DNA of 64,000 bases from an uncultured Verrucomicrobiae bacterium (GCA_963719495.1 CAVRCI010000013.1:544001-608000), one strand, 5' to 3'. Shown: positions 9,564 to 19,293, counted from the first letter of the stretch. Numbers and translations are program-made. The notes: generated from the sequence alone by a model not told the origin.

Positions 9564-10445
9564 TCACGCTGGCGGCATCGGAGTTGCCAGATCCTGCCGC
9601 TTGAGTTCGTCCAGTGTCCGCCCGTCCTCCGCCTTCCACTCCAGCCAGCCGTTAGCCGCGCGCCCCATCAATGCGATTGCCGCCATGCTCGGCGAGCGGA
9701 ACAGGTGATCCTTCTCGAAGACAACGGAATCCCCGTCGATTCGCATCACGCCGGACGTGAACAGCGCCTTGCGAATACGCTCGCCGGAGGAACCCGCCAT
9801 CGATGGCACGTTCGTTTTTCGACCCAAGGAAACTTTCAGCACGACGAATCCTTCCCGCGTGTAGAGCCCGCGCCCATTGGTGCCCGAGCCCCGACAGTGG
9901 AACGTCTCGCTTTCCTCCGGTCGTAAGGTCGGGGCGGCCACCGCTTCAAAAACCGGATACCCGAGGGTGGCGAGTAGCGCCTCCCCCGTTTCGAAGATCT
10001 CGAGGCAATCCGCTTCGAGCGGTGCGGGGGTGTGCGGTTTGCTGCCCGCGTTGCCGTTCTCATCGGCGAACCGCCCCGCTCGCCGCGTCGCTTGGAGACA
10101 ATGCCACTCCAGGAACAGCGCGTGGGTCTGCGTCAAGCTGTTCGTGCGAGAGATCAAGACCAACGCCTTCTGCCAGAAATCCTTCTCCCGGTTGTGGCTC
10201 ACAAGCCGGGATCTCAGATCACCCGTCTGCCCGAGATAAACCCTCTGCTCTTCCCCGTCCCTCCCTTCTCCGAAGAGAAAATAAACCGCGACTTGCCCGC
10301 TCTCCGGCATTTTGAGAAACGCCGGAAGCAGACTCCGCGGCACCTCGATCACCTGAACAATCCGCGTCGTGATCTCCGCGACACGAATCCCCTGCGGATC
10401 CCCGCCGGGTAAAAAAATTTGGATGGTTTTCGGTCGCACGCTCAT
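9564..10445 (-). CDS. GIY-YIG nuclease family protein with C-terminal DUF4357
   Basis: KTIQIFLPGGDPQGIR, AVYFLFG...VYLGQT..L.SRL..H, KDFW, and FEKDHLFRSPSMAA...GRAANGWLEWK (DUF4357). ATG at 10445. Confidence 0.88.
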   Translation of the reverse strand: MSVRPKTIQIFLPGGDPQGIRVAEITTRIVQVIEVPRSLLPAFLKMPESGQVAVYFLFGEGRDGEEQRVYLGQTGDLRSRLVSHNREKDFWQKALVLISRTNSLTQTHALFLEWHCLQATRRAGRFADENGNAGSKPHTPAPLEADCLEIFETGEALLATLGYPVFEAVAAPTLRPEESETFHCRGSGTNGRGLYTREGFVVLKVSLGRKTNVPSMAGSSGERIRKALFTSGVMRIDGDSVVFEKDHLFRSPSMAAIALMGRAANGWLEWKAEDGRTLDELKRQDLATPMPPA

Positions 10446-10482
10446 CGATTTGCCCGCTTGATAACCTGCTTGTCGCGGATTT

Positions 10483-11736
10483 TCAGGCGCGGAATTGCAT
10501 TTGCTCGGCGGTCGGATCGTATTCGTAATGCTGGATTTGGTCCGAAGCGATGAGGGCCAGAGCGTGCTGGATGACAGGCCACGGCACCGAAAACCATTCG
10601 GTTGCCTTTTTGATCTGCCCGTCCGCATCGATGACGTCGATGTCGAGCCGCGCCTTCGCAAACACCGCATGGATGACCTGTTCCAACCCGAAGACCGGCA
10701 GATTGGCCGTCTTCGCGGTGGCCACGACCTCCACCGGAGCGCAGAGGTAGGTGACGAACTTCTCCGCACCCGCGATCCGTTGCGCCACGGGCGTCGTGGT
10801 GAACCCGATCTTGTGCAGATTCGAAATCGCCTCGACTTGCGGCGCGGTCGACTTGGATCGCAGCACGTAAATCCAGCCCGAGACCTGATCTTCCACCGTG
10901 ATGTCGGGATCGGGGAACAAATCGAAACTCGTTTCAGTGATCATCAGCCCACCCTTGTAGAGTTCCGTCGACAGTGACCGCAGCAGCATGTCGGACTCGC
11001 GCTCGTTGACGAAGATGAGCCGCAGCCGGGTATTCGTTTTGCCCTTGTGTTTGTAGGGCGTGCCCGTCGCGGCCACGTAGCAAAGAAGGCCACCGAGAAC
11101 GTAAAATTTCCCCGGCTCGATGTGCTGCTCGTTTTTAAAAGGAACCGCCTTTCGGACGCCGGACTTCAGATCGGCCAGGCACCGGTCGAAGAGCGGGCGA
11201 AACGCATCGAAGTCGGCGCAGGTTTTGCGCTGCGCGACATGGTCGGGCATCTCCTGATCTTTCTTCGGCTTTTTGGCGAAGCGGCCGCCGAAGAGCGCTT
11301 TCTCCTTCGGCTCGGCTCCCATGATTCGGGCGAAGGCTCGACTCCCCGCAATCCCCTTGAGGGCGTCTGGGACGACGGGTTGCGGCGCGGTGGGCGGAAA
11401 TTTCTTTTCAAGGGAAGCTTCCGTCGGTCGCAGCTCGTAGCCCGTCGCCTCGCAATACCTCGCGATGATCCCGCTCACATCGTGCGGCGCGAGGAACGTC
11501 CGTTTTTCTTCATCCTCGACGATGCCCCGCAGTCGCGACGCGAGCTTGCGTTCCGCAATCGAGCGATCCCGCTCCGGCAGTCGGTCGTTCAGTTCGACGA
11601 AATCCTGGATCTCCCGGAATCCCGCCAGAAACACCGACTTTTCCGGTGTCGGTTCCTTCGCTGGATCGGGTTCGTCGAGCTGGTGCTTCGCGAGAAACAC
11701 GCCCACCTTCGCCAAAATGTCCGGGTGCAGTGGCAT
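10483..11736 (-). CDS. YeeC-like GIY-YIG (T5orf172/MUG113-type) nuclease
   Basis: RLRLIFVNERESDMLLRSL, GWIYVLRS, HKIGFT..V.QRI, YLCAPVEVVA, EWFSVP; lies downstream of the YeeB-like helicase. Confidence 0.85.
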   Translation of the reverse strand: MPLHPDILAKVGVFLAKHQLDEPDPAKEPTPEKSVFLAGFREIQDFVELNDRLPERDRSIAERKLASRLRGIVEDEEKRTFLAPHDVSGIIARYCEATGYELRPTEASLEKKFPPTAPQPVVPDALKGIAGSRAFARIMGAEPKEKALFGGRFAKKPKKDQEMPDHVAQRKTCADFDAFRPLFDRCLADLKSGVRKAVPFKNEQHIEPGKFYVLGGLLCYVAATGTPYKHKGKTNTRLRLIFVNERESDMLLRSLSTELYKGGLMITETSFDLFPDPDITVEDQVSGWIYVLRSKSTAPQVEAISNLHKIGFTTTPVAQRIAGAEKFVTYLCAPVEVVATAKTANLPVFGLEQVIHAVFAKARLDIDVIDADGQIKKATEWFSVPWPVIQHALALIASDQIQHYEYDPTAEQMQFRA

Positions 11737-11739
11737 GGC

Positions 11740-13677
11740 TCAGGCGAGTTCCAGGTCCTCCGTCGCGTTCGCCTCGAGGTAAAGCTGCCGCGCCTTCTGC
11801 ACCATCAACCCGAGCCGCAATTCGAACTGATCCTTCGATTTGTAGCTCGGCAGGCAACCGTGATGGGCTTCGAACGCTTCCACCAAGTGCCAGTTGGCGT
11901 TAATCTCTTCCGCGGTGATCCTTGCTTTCTGCGTCGCCAGCACCCCTTGCACGGATTCCAGCACGTCTTTGTCGAGAGACTTCGACAGCACTTCGTAGGC
12001 GTGCTGGAAGGGGTTGATCTTGTAGATCATATCGATGTGAAGGTCGTCGAGATCGACGAACTTGTTGGCGAAATTGATGAACTTCTTATCGCCTTCCTGC
12101 ACCTGCTTGCCGTGGGAAAACAACGTGTCCGCCAGCACGTGGTCGGTGACTTCGCCGACCTCCTGCTGCGTGAGGTCGGGGAAGGTTTCCATCACAATTT
12201 TCGGGATGAGCTGCTTGTTCACCAACGCCGCTTCGGTCTGGTTGATGATCGCTTTTTGGAGGTCCGGCGACCCGAGGATGGCCGCCTTCAATTGCCCGAG
12301 CTTGGTATCGACGATCTTCTGCACCTTCTCGGTGGACGGCGTCTCGAGTCCCTTGATCGCGATGGTGTTGCCCTGCTTCCCCGGCTCGTTCGGATCGACC
12401 TTTGGCTTGAATTTGAAGATCGGCGCCATCACCTGCTCCATGAGCAACGAGCACGTGATCGCCTTGAGCATGTCGTTCACCGCCTCGGCGACCTCGTCGC
12501 TCTCGGCGTTCGGCTCGGCCACCAGATTCGTGAACTGCGCGTGACTTTTGTTCGGCGAATCCCGCGTGCATCGCCCGATGATCTGAACCACCTCCGTGAG
12601 CGATCCCCGGTAGCCAATCGTCAACGAATGCTCGCAGTATTTCCAATCGAAACCCTCCTTCGCCATCCCCAGAGCAATGATGATGTCCATCTCGTCCTCG
12701 CCGGTGATTTCGGCGAGATGGCGCTTCACCCGCGCCCGCTTCTCGTCGTCGTCGGTCACCAAGTCGGCCACCCGCACATCTTTCCCAGCCGCGGTCGTGA
12801 GTGTGATCACGCCCGTCTTCTCGTCGGTGCGGGCATTGGTCCCGATGACGTCCATGATGTCGCCCAGCATGGTGTATTTGTCCGCGTAAGCCTCGCGCGC
12901 GTTCACGCTTGGGATGTGGACAATCGTTTTGCGTTCGACGTCGAGCACCCCAGCCAGCGCGCTGATGTATTTACCCTGGTAAAAATGGTAGCCGATCCCG
13001 AGCGACTTCAGGTGTTCGTAGCCATTGAGCTGCTCGTAGTAGTCGTAAATGACGTCGTGAAATTTCCCTTCGTTCTCAGCGGAGAGGATCGCCACGTTGT
13101 CGCCGCGGAAATACGACCCCGTCATCGCGACCACGTGCGCGTTCGTCGTGGTCATGATGCGGTCCAGGCAATCGCCGAGCACGTTCTCGCCCTCCGTCGA
13201 GACGTGGTGGAACTCATCGATCCCGATCAACGTGTTCGCGAACGCTTCGACGCCGAGCTTGGCGACAGCCAGGCGAAACGTCGCGTGCGGGCAAACGAGC
13301 ACCCGGGCAAATGGGTCCTTCAGAAATTCCGTGAACGTCGCGACCTTGGCCTGATTTCCCTCCGACAGACAGAGATCCACGTCGAGCGTCCAATCCGCCC
13401 AGAATCCGTCGTTCGACAGCGCCACGTCCCGAAAGGAAGCGCCGATCGATTGCTCCGGCACGGCAATCACCACCTTCTTGATTCCCTGGTTTGCCAGCTT
13501 GTCGAGCGCCAGGAACATCATCGCCCGGCTCTTGCCACTGGCCGGCGGAGCCTTGAGCAAAATGTATTGGTGGGTCCGGGCCTCGTAGGCGCGGGCCTGC
13601 ATCTCGCGCATCCCCAAGACGTCGGTTTTCGCGCTGACTCCCGTCTGCTCGTATTCGATCTCGATGAGGTTCGGCAT
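11740..13677 (-). CDS. YeeB-like superfamily II DEAD/DEAH helicase
   Basis: GMREMQARAY, APPASGKS, DEFHH, MTGSYFRGD, GMAKEGFDW and QIIGRCTRD. Confidence 0.9.
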   Translation of the reverse strand: MPNLIEIEYEQTGVSAKTDVLGMREMQARAYEARTHQYILLKAPPASGKSRAMMFLALDKLANQGIKKVVIAVPEQSIGASFRDVALSNDGFWADWTLDVDLCLSEGNQAKVATFTEFLKDPFARVLVCPHATFRLAVAKLGVEAFANTLIGIDEFHHVSTEGENVLGDCLDRIMTTTNAHVVAMTGSYFRGDNVAILSAENEGKFHDVIYDYYEQLNGYEHLKSLGIGYHFYQGKYISALAGVLDVERKTIVHIPSVNAREAYADKYTMLGDIMDVIGTNARTDEKTGVITLTTAAGKDVRVADLVTDDDEKRARVKRHLAEITGEDEMDIIIALGMAKEGFDWKYCEHSLTIGYRGSLTEVVQIIGRCTRDSPNKSHAQFTNLVAEPNAESDEVAEAVNDMLKAITCSLLMEQVMAPIFKFKPKVDPNEPGKQGNTIAIKGLETPSTEKVQKIVDTKLGQLKAAILGSPDLQKAIINQTEAALVNKQLIPKIVMETFPDLTQQEVGEVTDHVLADTLFSHGKQVQEGDKKFINFANKFVDLDDLHIDMIYKINPFQHAYEVLSKSLDKDVLESVQGVLATQKARITAEEINANWHLVEAFEAHHGCLPSYKSKDQFELRLGLMVQKARQLYLEANATEDLELA

Positions 13678-13686
13678 GCGTCTTCG

Positions 13687-15549
13687 TCAGGCTCCGGAGT
13701 TACCCCTGGGTGTGCGGTAAGCCTGGTCGGGATGTTTCTCCATGTCGCGGTGAGTGTATTCGAGTTCCTTCGCCCGCACCATCGGCGACAGGTGCTCGCG
13801 CTTGAGCGACACCACGTTGCGGTCGTTCAGCAATCTGGCGAGCTGATTGGCACTCAGTTCCCGCCACGCGCACAATTCCAGAATGACCGAGCGGATCCGA
13901 TGCCCCGGCCGCCCGCCGAGTCGATCGATTCGCCGCTGGATGGCCGCGGGCAGAGTGGTCGCCAAAGTATCATGCCCGCGGGCGGAAGTATCATGCCCAG
14001 TGGCTAAAGTATCATGCTTTTCGCCTAAAGTAGCATGCTCACTCCCGCCTCTCCCGCCCACGTCTTCGGGGAAGTCGGCTCCCGCGACGTAGTAGGTGGC
14101 CGTTCCCTTACCCTTCTGAGTCAGCAACTTCAGGTCCCGCAATTTCCGCAAATCGTTGCTCGCCGTCAGCACGTCGCAGTCGGTCAGTTGCCGCAGAGTC
14201 GGATTGTCGATGGCCCCCTGCTCCCGCAGAAAAATCAAAGCCACCCGCTGGCTGTCCGACAACGCGGCGTCGATCTGACCCAGCCACTCGATGTCGGCTT
14301 CCGACAAGAAGTGGTGCAAGAGGAGGCGGGTGATGAAGTGATTGTCCGAACGACTCGATTCGAAGGTCGGCAGGCTGAACCCATTCTCCTGCATCAATCG
14401 CCGCATCGTCCGAATGCCGCTTCCCTTGGTTTCCGCCGTGTTCGTCTCGTGGAAAATCGCCGCCAGGTTCGGATTGCGCGGCTCCGAACCCGTCTGCCCC
14501 AGCGCGTCCTCGTTCTTGATGGAAAATCCCGCGTTCTTGATTTCGATCCGGTTGCTGTAGCGAATCACCTGCGTCGGCTGGTGCTCCCGATACGACCGGT
14601 GCATGAGCGCATTCACGATGGCTTCGCGGATGACCCGCGCCGGCAACGTCGGCGTATCCGCCTGATTCCGCCCCTCCTTGAGGTCGAATCCCTTCGGTAG
14701 ATCGTCCATCACCGCCGCCGAGATTCGATCCACGAGCTGGAGCAACGGCCCCCGCATGTCCACGGTCGTCACAAACCTCCGATCGGGATCTTCGACCCAC
14801 TCTTTCCCGGCCACCCGGATGTAATCGACCCGCACGACCGGCAGCTCCCGCCGCAGCGCCAGTCGCGAGCCGAAGATCAGCAAGCCCGTGAGCGTCGGGT
14901 GCCACTCACCACTCTGTTCCCGGATGGCGTTCAGCGAAGCCAGCAGATCGTGGTCGTTGAAACTCAGCTCCTCCGCCTGCGGATTCGCGCGTCGGCGCAG
15001 CTCGCGATAGTGCTCGATCGCGTCCGGGTCGAAATCCCCGGCCGTCGAATGCCGCAGCACCATCAAGTCCGGACTCTCCTCCTGCCGCGAGCCGAAGAAC
15101 ACCACCATGTCGTCCTCCGTGCAGCGTTGATCGGACGATCCGATGCGCCGCCAAGCTCCGAGCGGCAGATGCTGCTTTCGAAAATACACCGGCTTCTCCG
15201 ACGGTGCCCGCTCCTCGATCTCGACGATGAGAACCACCTTTTCCCGATAGACCTCCGGCACGATGCGCGGTCGAATCGGCACGTTGAAGATCGAGCCGCA
15301 GCCGGTCGCGATGTCGCTCTGTAGCTTGTCGGGGTCCGCCACTCCCACCACCTCATACCCCCCAAACCAATCTCCCTCCGCCGTCCCGACCCCGAGCAGA
15401 ATGCGCCCCCCACCCTGACCCGGCTCGTTCGCAAATGCGCAGACCGTCTCGAAGAAGGAATTGCCGAGCTGGCCCGACGAACACGCCTTGGCCTCCAGCG
15501 TCGGGTGCTCGTCCAGAAGATTGAGATCCTTGAGGAGGTCCTCGATCAT
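13687..15549 (-). CDS. AlbA_2 (Schlafen-like) / RecG-C-terminal-like ATP-binding protein with winged HTH domains
   Basis: LEAK...ETVCAFANEPGQGGGRILLGV, REAIVNALMHRSY, RIEIKNAG, PRNPNLA, ETKGSGI; C-terminal HTHs ending HPDQAY. Confidence 0.85.
   Translation of the reverse strand: MIEDLLKDLNLLDEHPTLEAKACSSGQLGNSFFETVCAFANEPGQGGGRILLGVGTAEGDWFGGYEVVGVADPDKLQSDIATGCGSIFNVPIRPRIVPEVYREKVVLIVEIEERAPSEKPVYFRKQHLPLGAWRRIGSSDQRCTEDDMVVFFGSRQEESPDLMVLRHSTAGDFDPDAIEHYRELRRRANPQAEELSFNDHDLLASLNAIREQSGEWHPTLTGLLIFGSRLALRRELPVVRVDYIRVAGKEWVEDPDRRFVTTVDMRGPLLQLVDRISAAVMDDLPKGFDLKEGRNQADTPTLPARVIREAIVNALMHRSYREHQPTQVIRYSNRIEIKNAGFSIKNEDALGQTGSEPRNPNLAAIFHETNTAETKGSGIRTMRRLMQENGFSLPTFESSRSDNHFITRLLLHHFLSEADIEWLGQIDAALSDSQRVALIFLREQGAIDNPTLRQLTDCDVLTASNDLRKLRDLKLLTQKGKGTATYYVAGADFPEDVGGRGGSEHATLGEKHDTLATGHDTSARGHDTLATTLPAAIQRRIDRLGGRPGHRIRSVILELCAWRELSANQLARLLNDRNVVSLKREHLSPMVRAKELEYTHRDMEKHPDQAYRTPRGNSGA
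13961..14040. repeat. Intragenic 21-bp tandem repeat x4 (7-aa HxT repeats)
   Basis: aagtatcatgc at 13965, 13986, 14007 and aagtagcatgc at 14028; encodes HATLGEK/HDTLATG/HDTSARG/HDTLATT. Confidence 0.85.
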
Positions 15550-18253
15550 CCCACCGCTTCCCCTTCCGATGCCGTCATCTCATGGTAGAGCGCGATCAAA
15601 TGCTCGAGCCGCTCCGCGACGCCCGAGAACGGTCGCTCGCGGTAACACCGGTCCACGATCCCGTCGAGCACCCGGTGCGCATCGAGCAGATCGGCCGGCA
15701 TCTGCCCAGGGTCATACATGTCGGCATACGTCATCTCCGAGTAACGCTCGCGAATGTCGATGATGTCGAAAACCGCCGCCTCCAGCTCCTCCTTCGTCCC
15801 GTCCGAAATCGGGGGGATCGGGAAGTTGTTGTAAACGAAGGAGGAATAGCGCGGATCGGTCTTTAATCGTCCCGCAACCAACTTTGTCCACTCCATGTGC
15901 ATCTTGGATGAGAGCACGCCGAAAATCCACGGCTTCGCGTCGTAAACGGCTTGGGCCGCGTTCGAAATAACGGTGTTTCCGTCAAGGAATCCCAACGGGA
16001 TGTATTCTCGCGTTTCCGAAGTATGTCCGGGAAAAATGATCGACTCCGTATCCCGATGCGAAATGAAATAAAACCGATGCGGCGTTTCTGCTAACTCACG
16101 CGTGCTTGGCTCCGTGCTGCGTTCGCGCATTGAACGAACCGAGTTCAATCGGTCGGCAATTTCGGGGACTCGAGCGGCGTTTTTGACCTCGTGATCCTCA
16201 ATCCACAGACACCACCGCTCTTTCTTGTCCAGAAACTCGTCAGCGCCCATGTAAGCCTTCACCCATTTCGAGGCAGCTGGGGCTTCCTCGAACAAGCGAT
16301 TCCTCCCGTCCCGATCCAATATCAGGTTTCCCCCATCGGAGGGCTTATTACCAAGCCGCACGGGCGGAAGCCCGGACAGTTGATCCGAGCGACGGTAGAT
16401 CCAAATGTCGTCGAGGGGACGACCGTAACCATTGATTTTGTCAGCTCGAGTCACACCCGAATCGCGATAAATCGACCGCTTTTCGGTCGAACGGTTTCTG
16501 ACTCCGACGATCTGGCAGGTCACACCTGCATTGCCCGCTGCCGAATTTCTCCACTTGAACGATTCCCAAATGAATTCGATTTCAACTTTGGCTTCCTCGA
16601 AAAGCGGACGCCAAAGAAGTGCGACGTGTTCGCCCTGGAAAACCGAATTCGTCGTGACGAACGAATACTTGGTTGGATATCCGCCAATGTAGGAACCCGC
16701 CTTGAGAAACCAGCAGGATATGTAATCCATTTTTTTGTAGGCATCGAGGCCGCGCTCTTTCGCGAGATCTTTCAGGTCCAGTTTTTGCTGGGCGTCCTGC
16801 ATGTTCGATCCCAAATACGGCGGATTCCCCATCACGTAAATCTCCAGCGACCGCTCCACCCCATCGCGATCGGCAGCCGTGCGGGGACACACTTCGTTCC
16901 AATCACACCGCGTCGCGTTTTCCCGAACGATCCGACCACCTTCGCGCAGCGGCAAAGCCTCGGGGCTGCTGCGGAACCGCTCTTTGAAGACCAGGTTCAT
17001 CTGATGCTCCTTGATCCAGAGTGCCAGCATGGCGAGTTCCCGCGCGAAATCGTCGATCTCGATGCCGTGGAACTGATCGAGGTGAATGCGCGGCATCGGG
17101 AGTTCCTGGCGCGGGTCCAATGCTCCCAGCTCGGCGTAAATTTCCATCTCGAGCTTCCGGAGTTTCTCGTAGGCCAGGATGAGAAAATTTCCCGAACCGC
17201 AAGCGGGATCGAAGACCTTGATGGCCGCCAGCCGGGCGTGCAGCGCGTTGAGTTTCGCCCTCTTACCCCGGGCCTTCCCAAGATCCTCGTGGAGGTCGTC
17301 CAGAAAGAGGGGCGAGATCACCTTCATGATGTTCTCCCGCGAGGTGTAATGCATCCCCAGCTCGTGGCGTTTCTCGGGGTCGATGATCCGCTTGGAACAT
17401 CGATCCGAAGATGTCCGGATTGATCGATTTCCAGTCCATCTGGCCATTCTCGATCAGCAACTTCCGGCTTTTCGCCGTGAAGACCGGCACCGGGTGCTCG
17501 TTCTCGAACAGGCCGCCGTTGACGTAGTCGAACTTCTTGAACGCAGCGGAAAAGCCCGCTTTTTCTTTGGTCGCGAACCGCCGGAAAAGCGTCGCGAGGT
17601 AAGCGGAAAGATCGGCACCATCGTCTCCGGTCTGCGAGGCCAGCGATTCGGTGAAGAGGTGTCTGGTGAAAATTCCGGTATCCTCGGCGTAGAAACAGAA
17701 GAGCAGACGGGCGAGCAGAACGTTGAGATCGTGGGCGTCAAAACCGACGTTGTCCTTCCGGATCGCGTCGAAAAGGACGGCCATTTTCCGCGTCGCCTTG
17801 ACGTCGACCTCCAGGGCATGACTCGTGACGGTGATCTTCTTCCGCCCGGCGAAAGGCAGGAAGAAATAGGCGTACGGATGGCAGCTCGTCCCGGACGATC
17901 ACCAGATCTTCGCCGGAATCCAGATCATGAGCCGCAATCTCCCCCGCCGAGGCGACGAGGATGAACATTGGGCGATTGATGCGACTGCGGATCAGCGCCG
18001 AAGACTTGGCCTCGGCGAGCGCCGCGCGCACATCGCGGTCCACCCATTGGAAGAAGATGCGTTTCTTCCAGAGGATCTCGCGGTCGGGATCGGACGCGGC
18101 ATTGGCGGAACCGGCCTTCACGCGGTCGAAAATCGACTTCGGCAGCTTCGAGTCCGTGCCCTGATAACACTGCAGGAAGGCGAAACCCCAGGAAGCTCCC
18201 GTCAGTTTCGCCGGAAGTGCCGTCAAACGATTGGCAATTTCCTCGGTCGTCAT
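15546..18253 (-). pseudogene. YeeA/MmeI-like (type IIL) N6-adenine DNA methyltransferase with two +1 frameshifts (real or sequencing error)
   Basis: Three consecutive frames join into one protein: MTTEEIANRL..ILWKKRIFF / YFFLPFAG..RLLFCFYAEDTGIF..YVNGGLF..INPDIFGSMFQA / IIDPEKRHELGMHYTS..DPACGSGNFL..GNPPYLG. One extra base near 17875-17885 and one near 17389. Confidence 0.88.
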
Positions 18254-19293
18254 CAAACTCCCAAGAAAATCAAATTCACGAGCCAGACGCAATGCGCCGC
18301 CCACCCCGTAAAAGTGGAGGTCACGACGCCCCCGCCCGCACCGCCGTCGCTAGCACCGTCTGGAAGTGTGGCGCCTCTTTCTCCCGCGCCACGACTCTGG
18401 AAGTGCGGCGCTTCCTTTTCCCGGGCCACGATCGACATCTCGATCTGCTCGAAGCCCGCGCTCCGCAGCATCCCGTGCAATTCCACCTCCGAAAAGCCCA
18501 ACCATTGGTGCGCGTAGAGCTCCCGGGCCTGTTCGTAGGCGTGGCTCGCCAGGTCGAGGATCACGACCTGCCCGCCCGGCTCGAGGATGCGATGCGCCTC
18601 CGCGACCGCCACCGCTGGACGCGCCGCGTGGTGCAAAGCCTGACTGAACAGCGCCACTCCAACCTCGCCGTCGCCGACCGGCGGCTGCTCGATGTCGCCG
18701 AGGCGGTATTCCAAGTTTTCGAACCCATTCTCCCGCGCCACCGCCGACCCGAACTCCACCATTCGGCTCGAATTGTCGACCGCAATCACCCGCCGGACGC
18801 GCCGCGCCAGCAACTGCGACAACGTCCCCTCACCCGCCCCCAGATCCGCGATCACGATGTCCCGTGGCAGCAGCCGCAACAATCCGTGCGCCAACGCCTG
18901 CCACGACCGACCCGGCACGTAAGTCCGACCAAATTTCCCCGCCAGCCGGTCGAAATACTCCGCCGCCCGGTCCTTCCGCTTCCGCAGCGCCAGCCCCAAC
19001 GCCTCACGGTCTCGCGACGCCTCCGGGATCTCCCGGCACCCATCTTCCAGCAAACCGGCGAGCGGCGACGTCTCCTCCAGACCCGACGAATAAAACACGT
19101 TCTTCCCAACCCTCCGGTCCACCACCAACCCTTCCCGCTTCAACTGCGCCAGACTCGCCGAGATCCGGCTCTGCGCCATCCCGAGGATTTCCTGCACTTC
19201 GGCGACGGAGAGTTCCTCCTCGGTCAGCAGCCGCAGCAACCGCATCCGGGTCGGATCCGACAGCGCGCGCAGGGATTTAAGAATTGACGGCAT
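18253..19293 (-). CDS. sahR: ArsR-HTH + SAM-dependent methyltransferase-like regulator (SahR-like); C-terminus shifted by a 37-nt duplication
   Basis: LRALSDPTRMRLL..ELSVAEVQEILGMAQSRIS HTH; ADLGAGEG SAM motif; SQALHH; divergent from metK-ahcY. The native-looking end (HFQTVLATAVRAGAS*, stop 18321-18323) is out of frame. Confidence 0.8.
   Translation of the reverse strand: MPSILKSLRALSDPTRMRLLRLLTEEELSVAEVQEILGMAQSRISASLAQLKREGLVVDRRVGKNVFYSSGLEETSPLAGLLEDGCREIPEASRDREALGLALRKRKDRAAEYFDRLAGKFGRTYVPGRSWQALAHGLLRLLPRDIVIADLGAGEGTLSQLLARRVRRVIAVDNSSRMVEFGSAVARENGFENLEYRLGDIEQPPVGDGEVGVALFSQALHHAARPAVAVAEAHRILEPGGQVVILDLASHAYEQARELYAHQWLGFSEVELHGMLRSAGFEQIEMSIVAREKEAPHFQSRGAGERGATLPDGASDGGAGGGVVTSTFTGWAAHCVWLVNLIFLGV
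18297..18329 (+). repeat. Right 33-bp direct repeat of the island
   Basis: ccgcccaccccgtaaaagtggaggtcacgacgc; two mismatches to 8951-8983. Confidence 0.85.
18360..18431. repeat. Tandem 35-bp duplication (period 37) of the sahR 3' coding end
   Basis: 18360-18394 vs 18397-18431: five mismatches, all synonymous for VAREKEAPHFQ. Confidence 0.9.

Larger units (their letters stand above)
8951..18329. mobile_element. Putative defence island (YeeABC-like locus) bounded by direct repeats; no integrase
   Basis: 33-bp direct repeats enclose five co-oriented restriction/nuclease-type genes between otherwise convergent chromosomal genes. Confidence 0.6.

Noticed and set aside
13961..14040. Possible mini-CRISPR array
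   Set aside because: The period is only 21 nt with ~10-nt variable parts, it is in frame inside a CDS, and no cas genes are present. No CRISPR array was seen anywhere in the window.
17380..17890. Programmed frameshifting or phase variation of yeeA
   Set aside because: No slippery heptamer, long homopolymer or short tandem repeat at either site, and two separate shifts would be needed.
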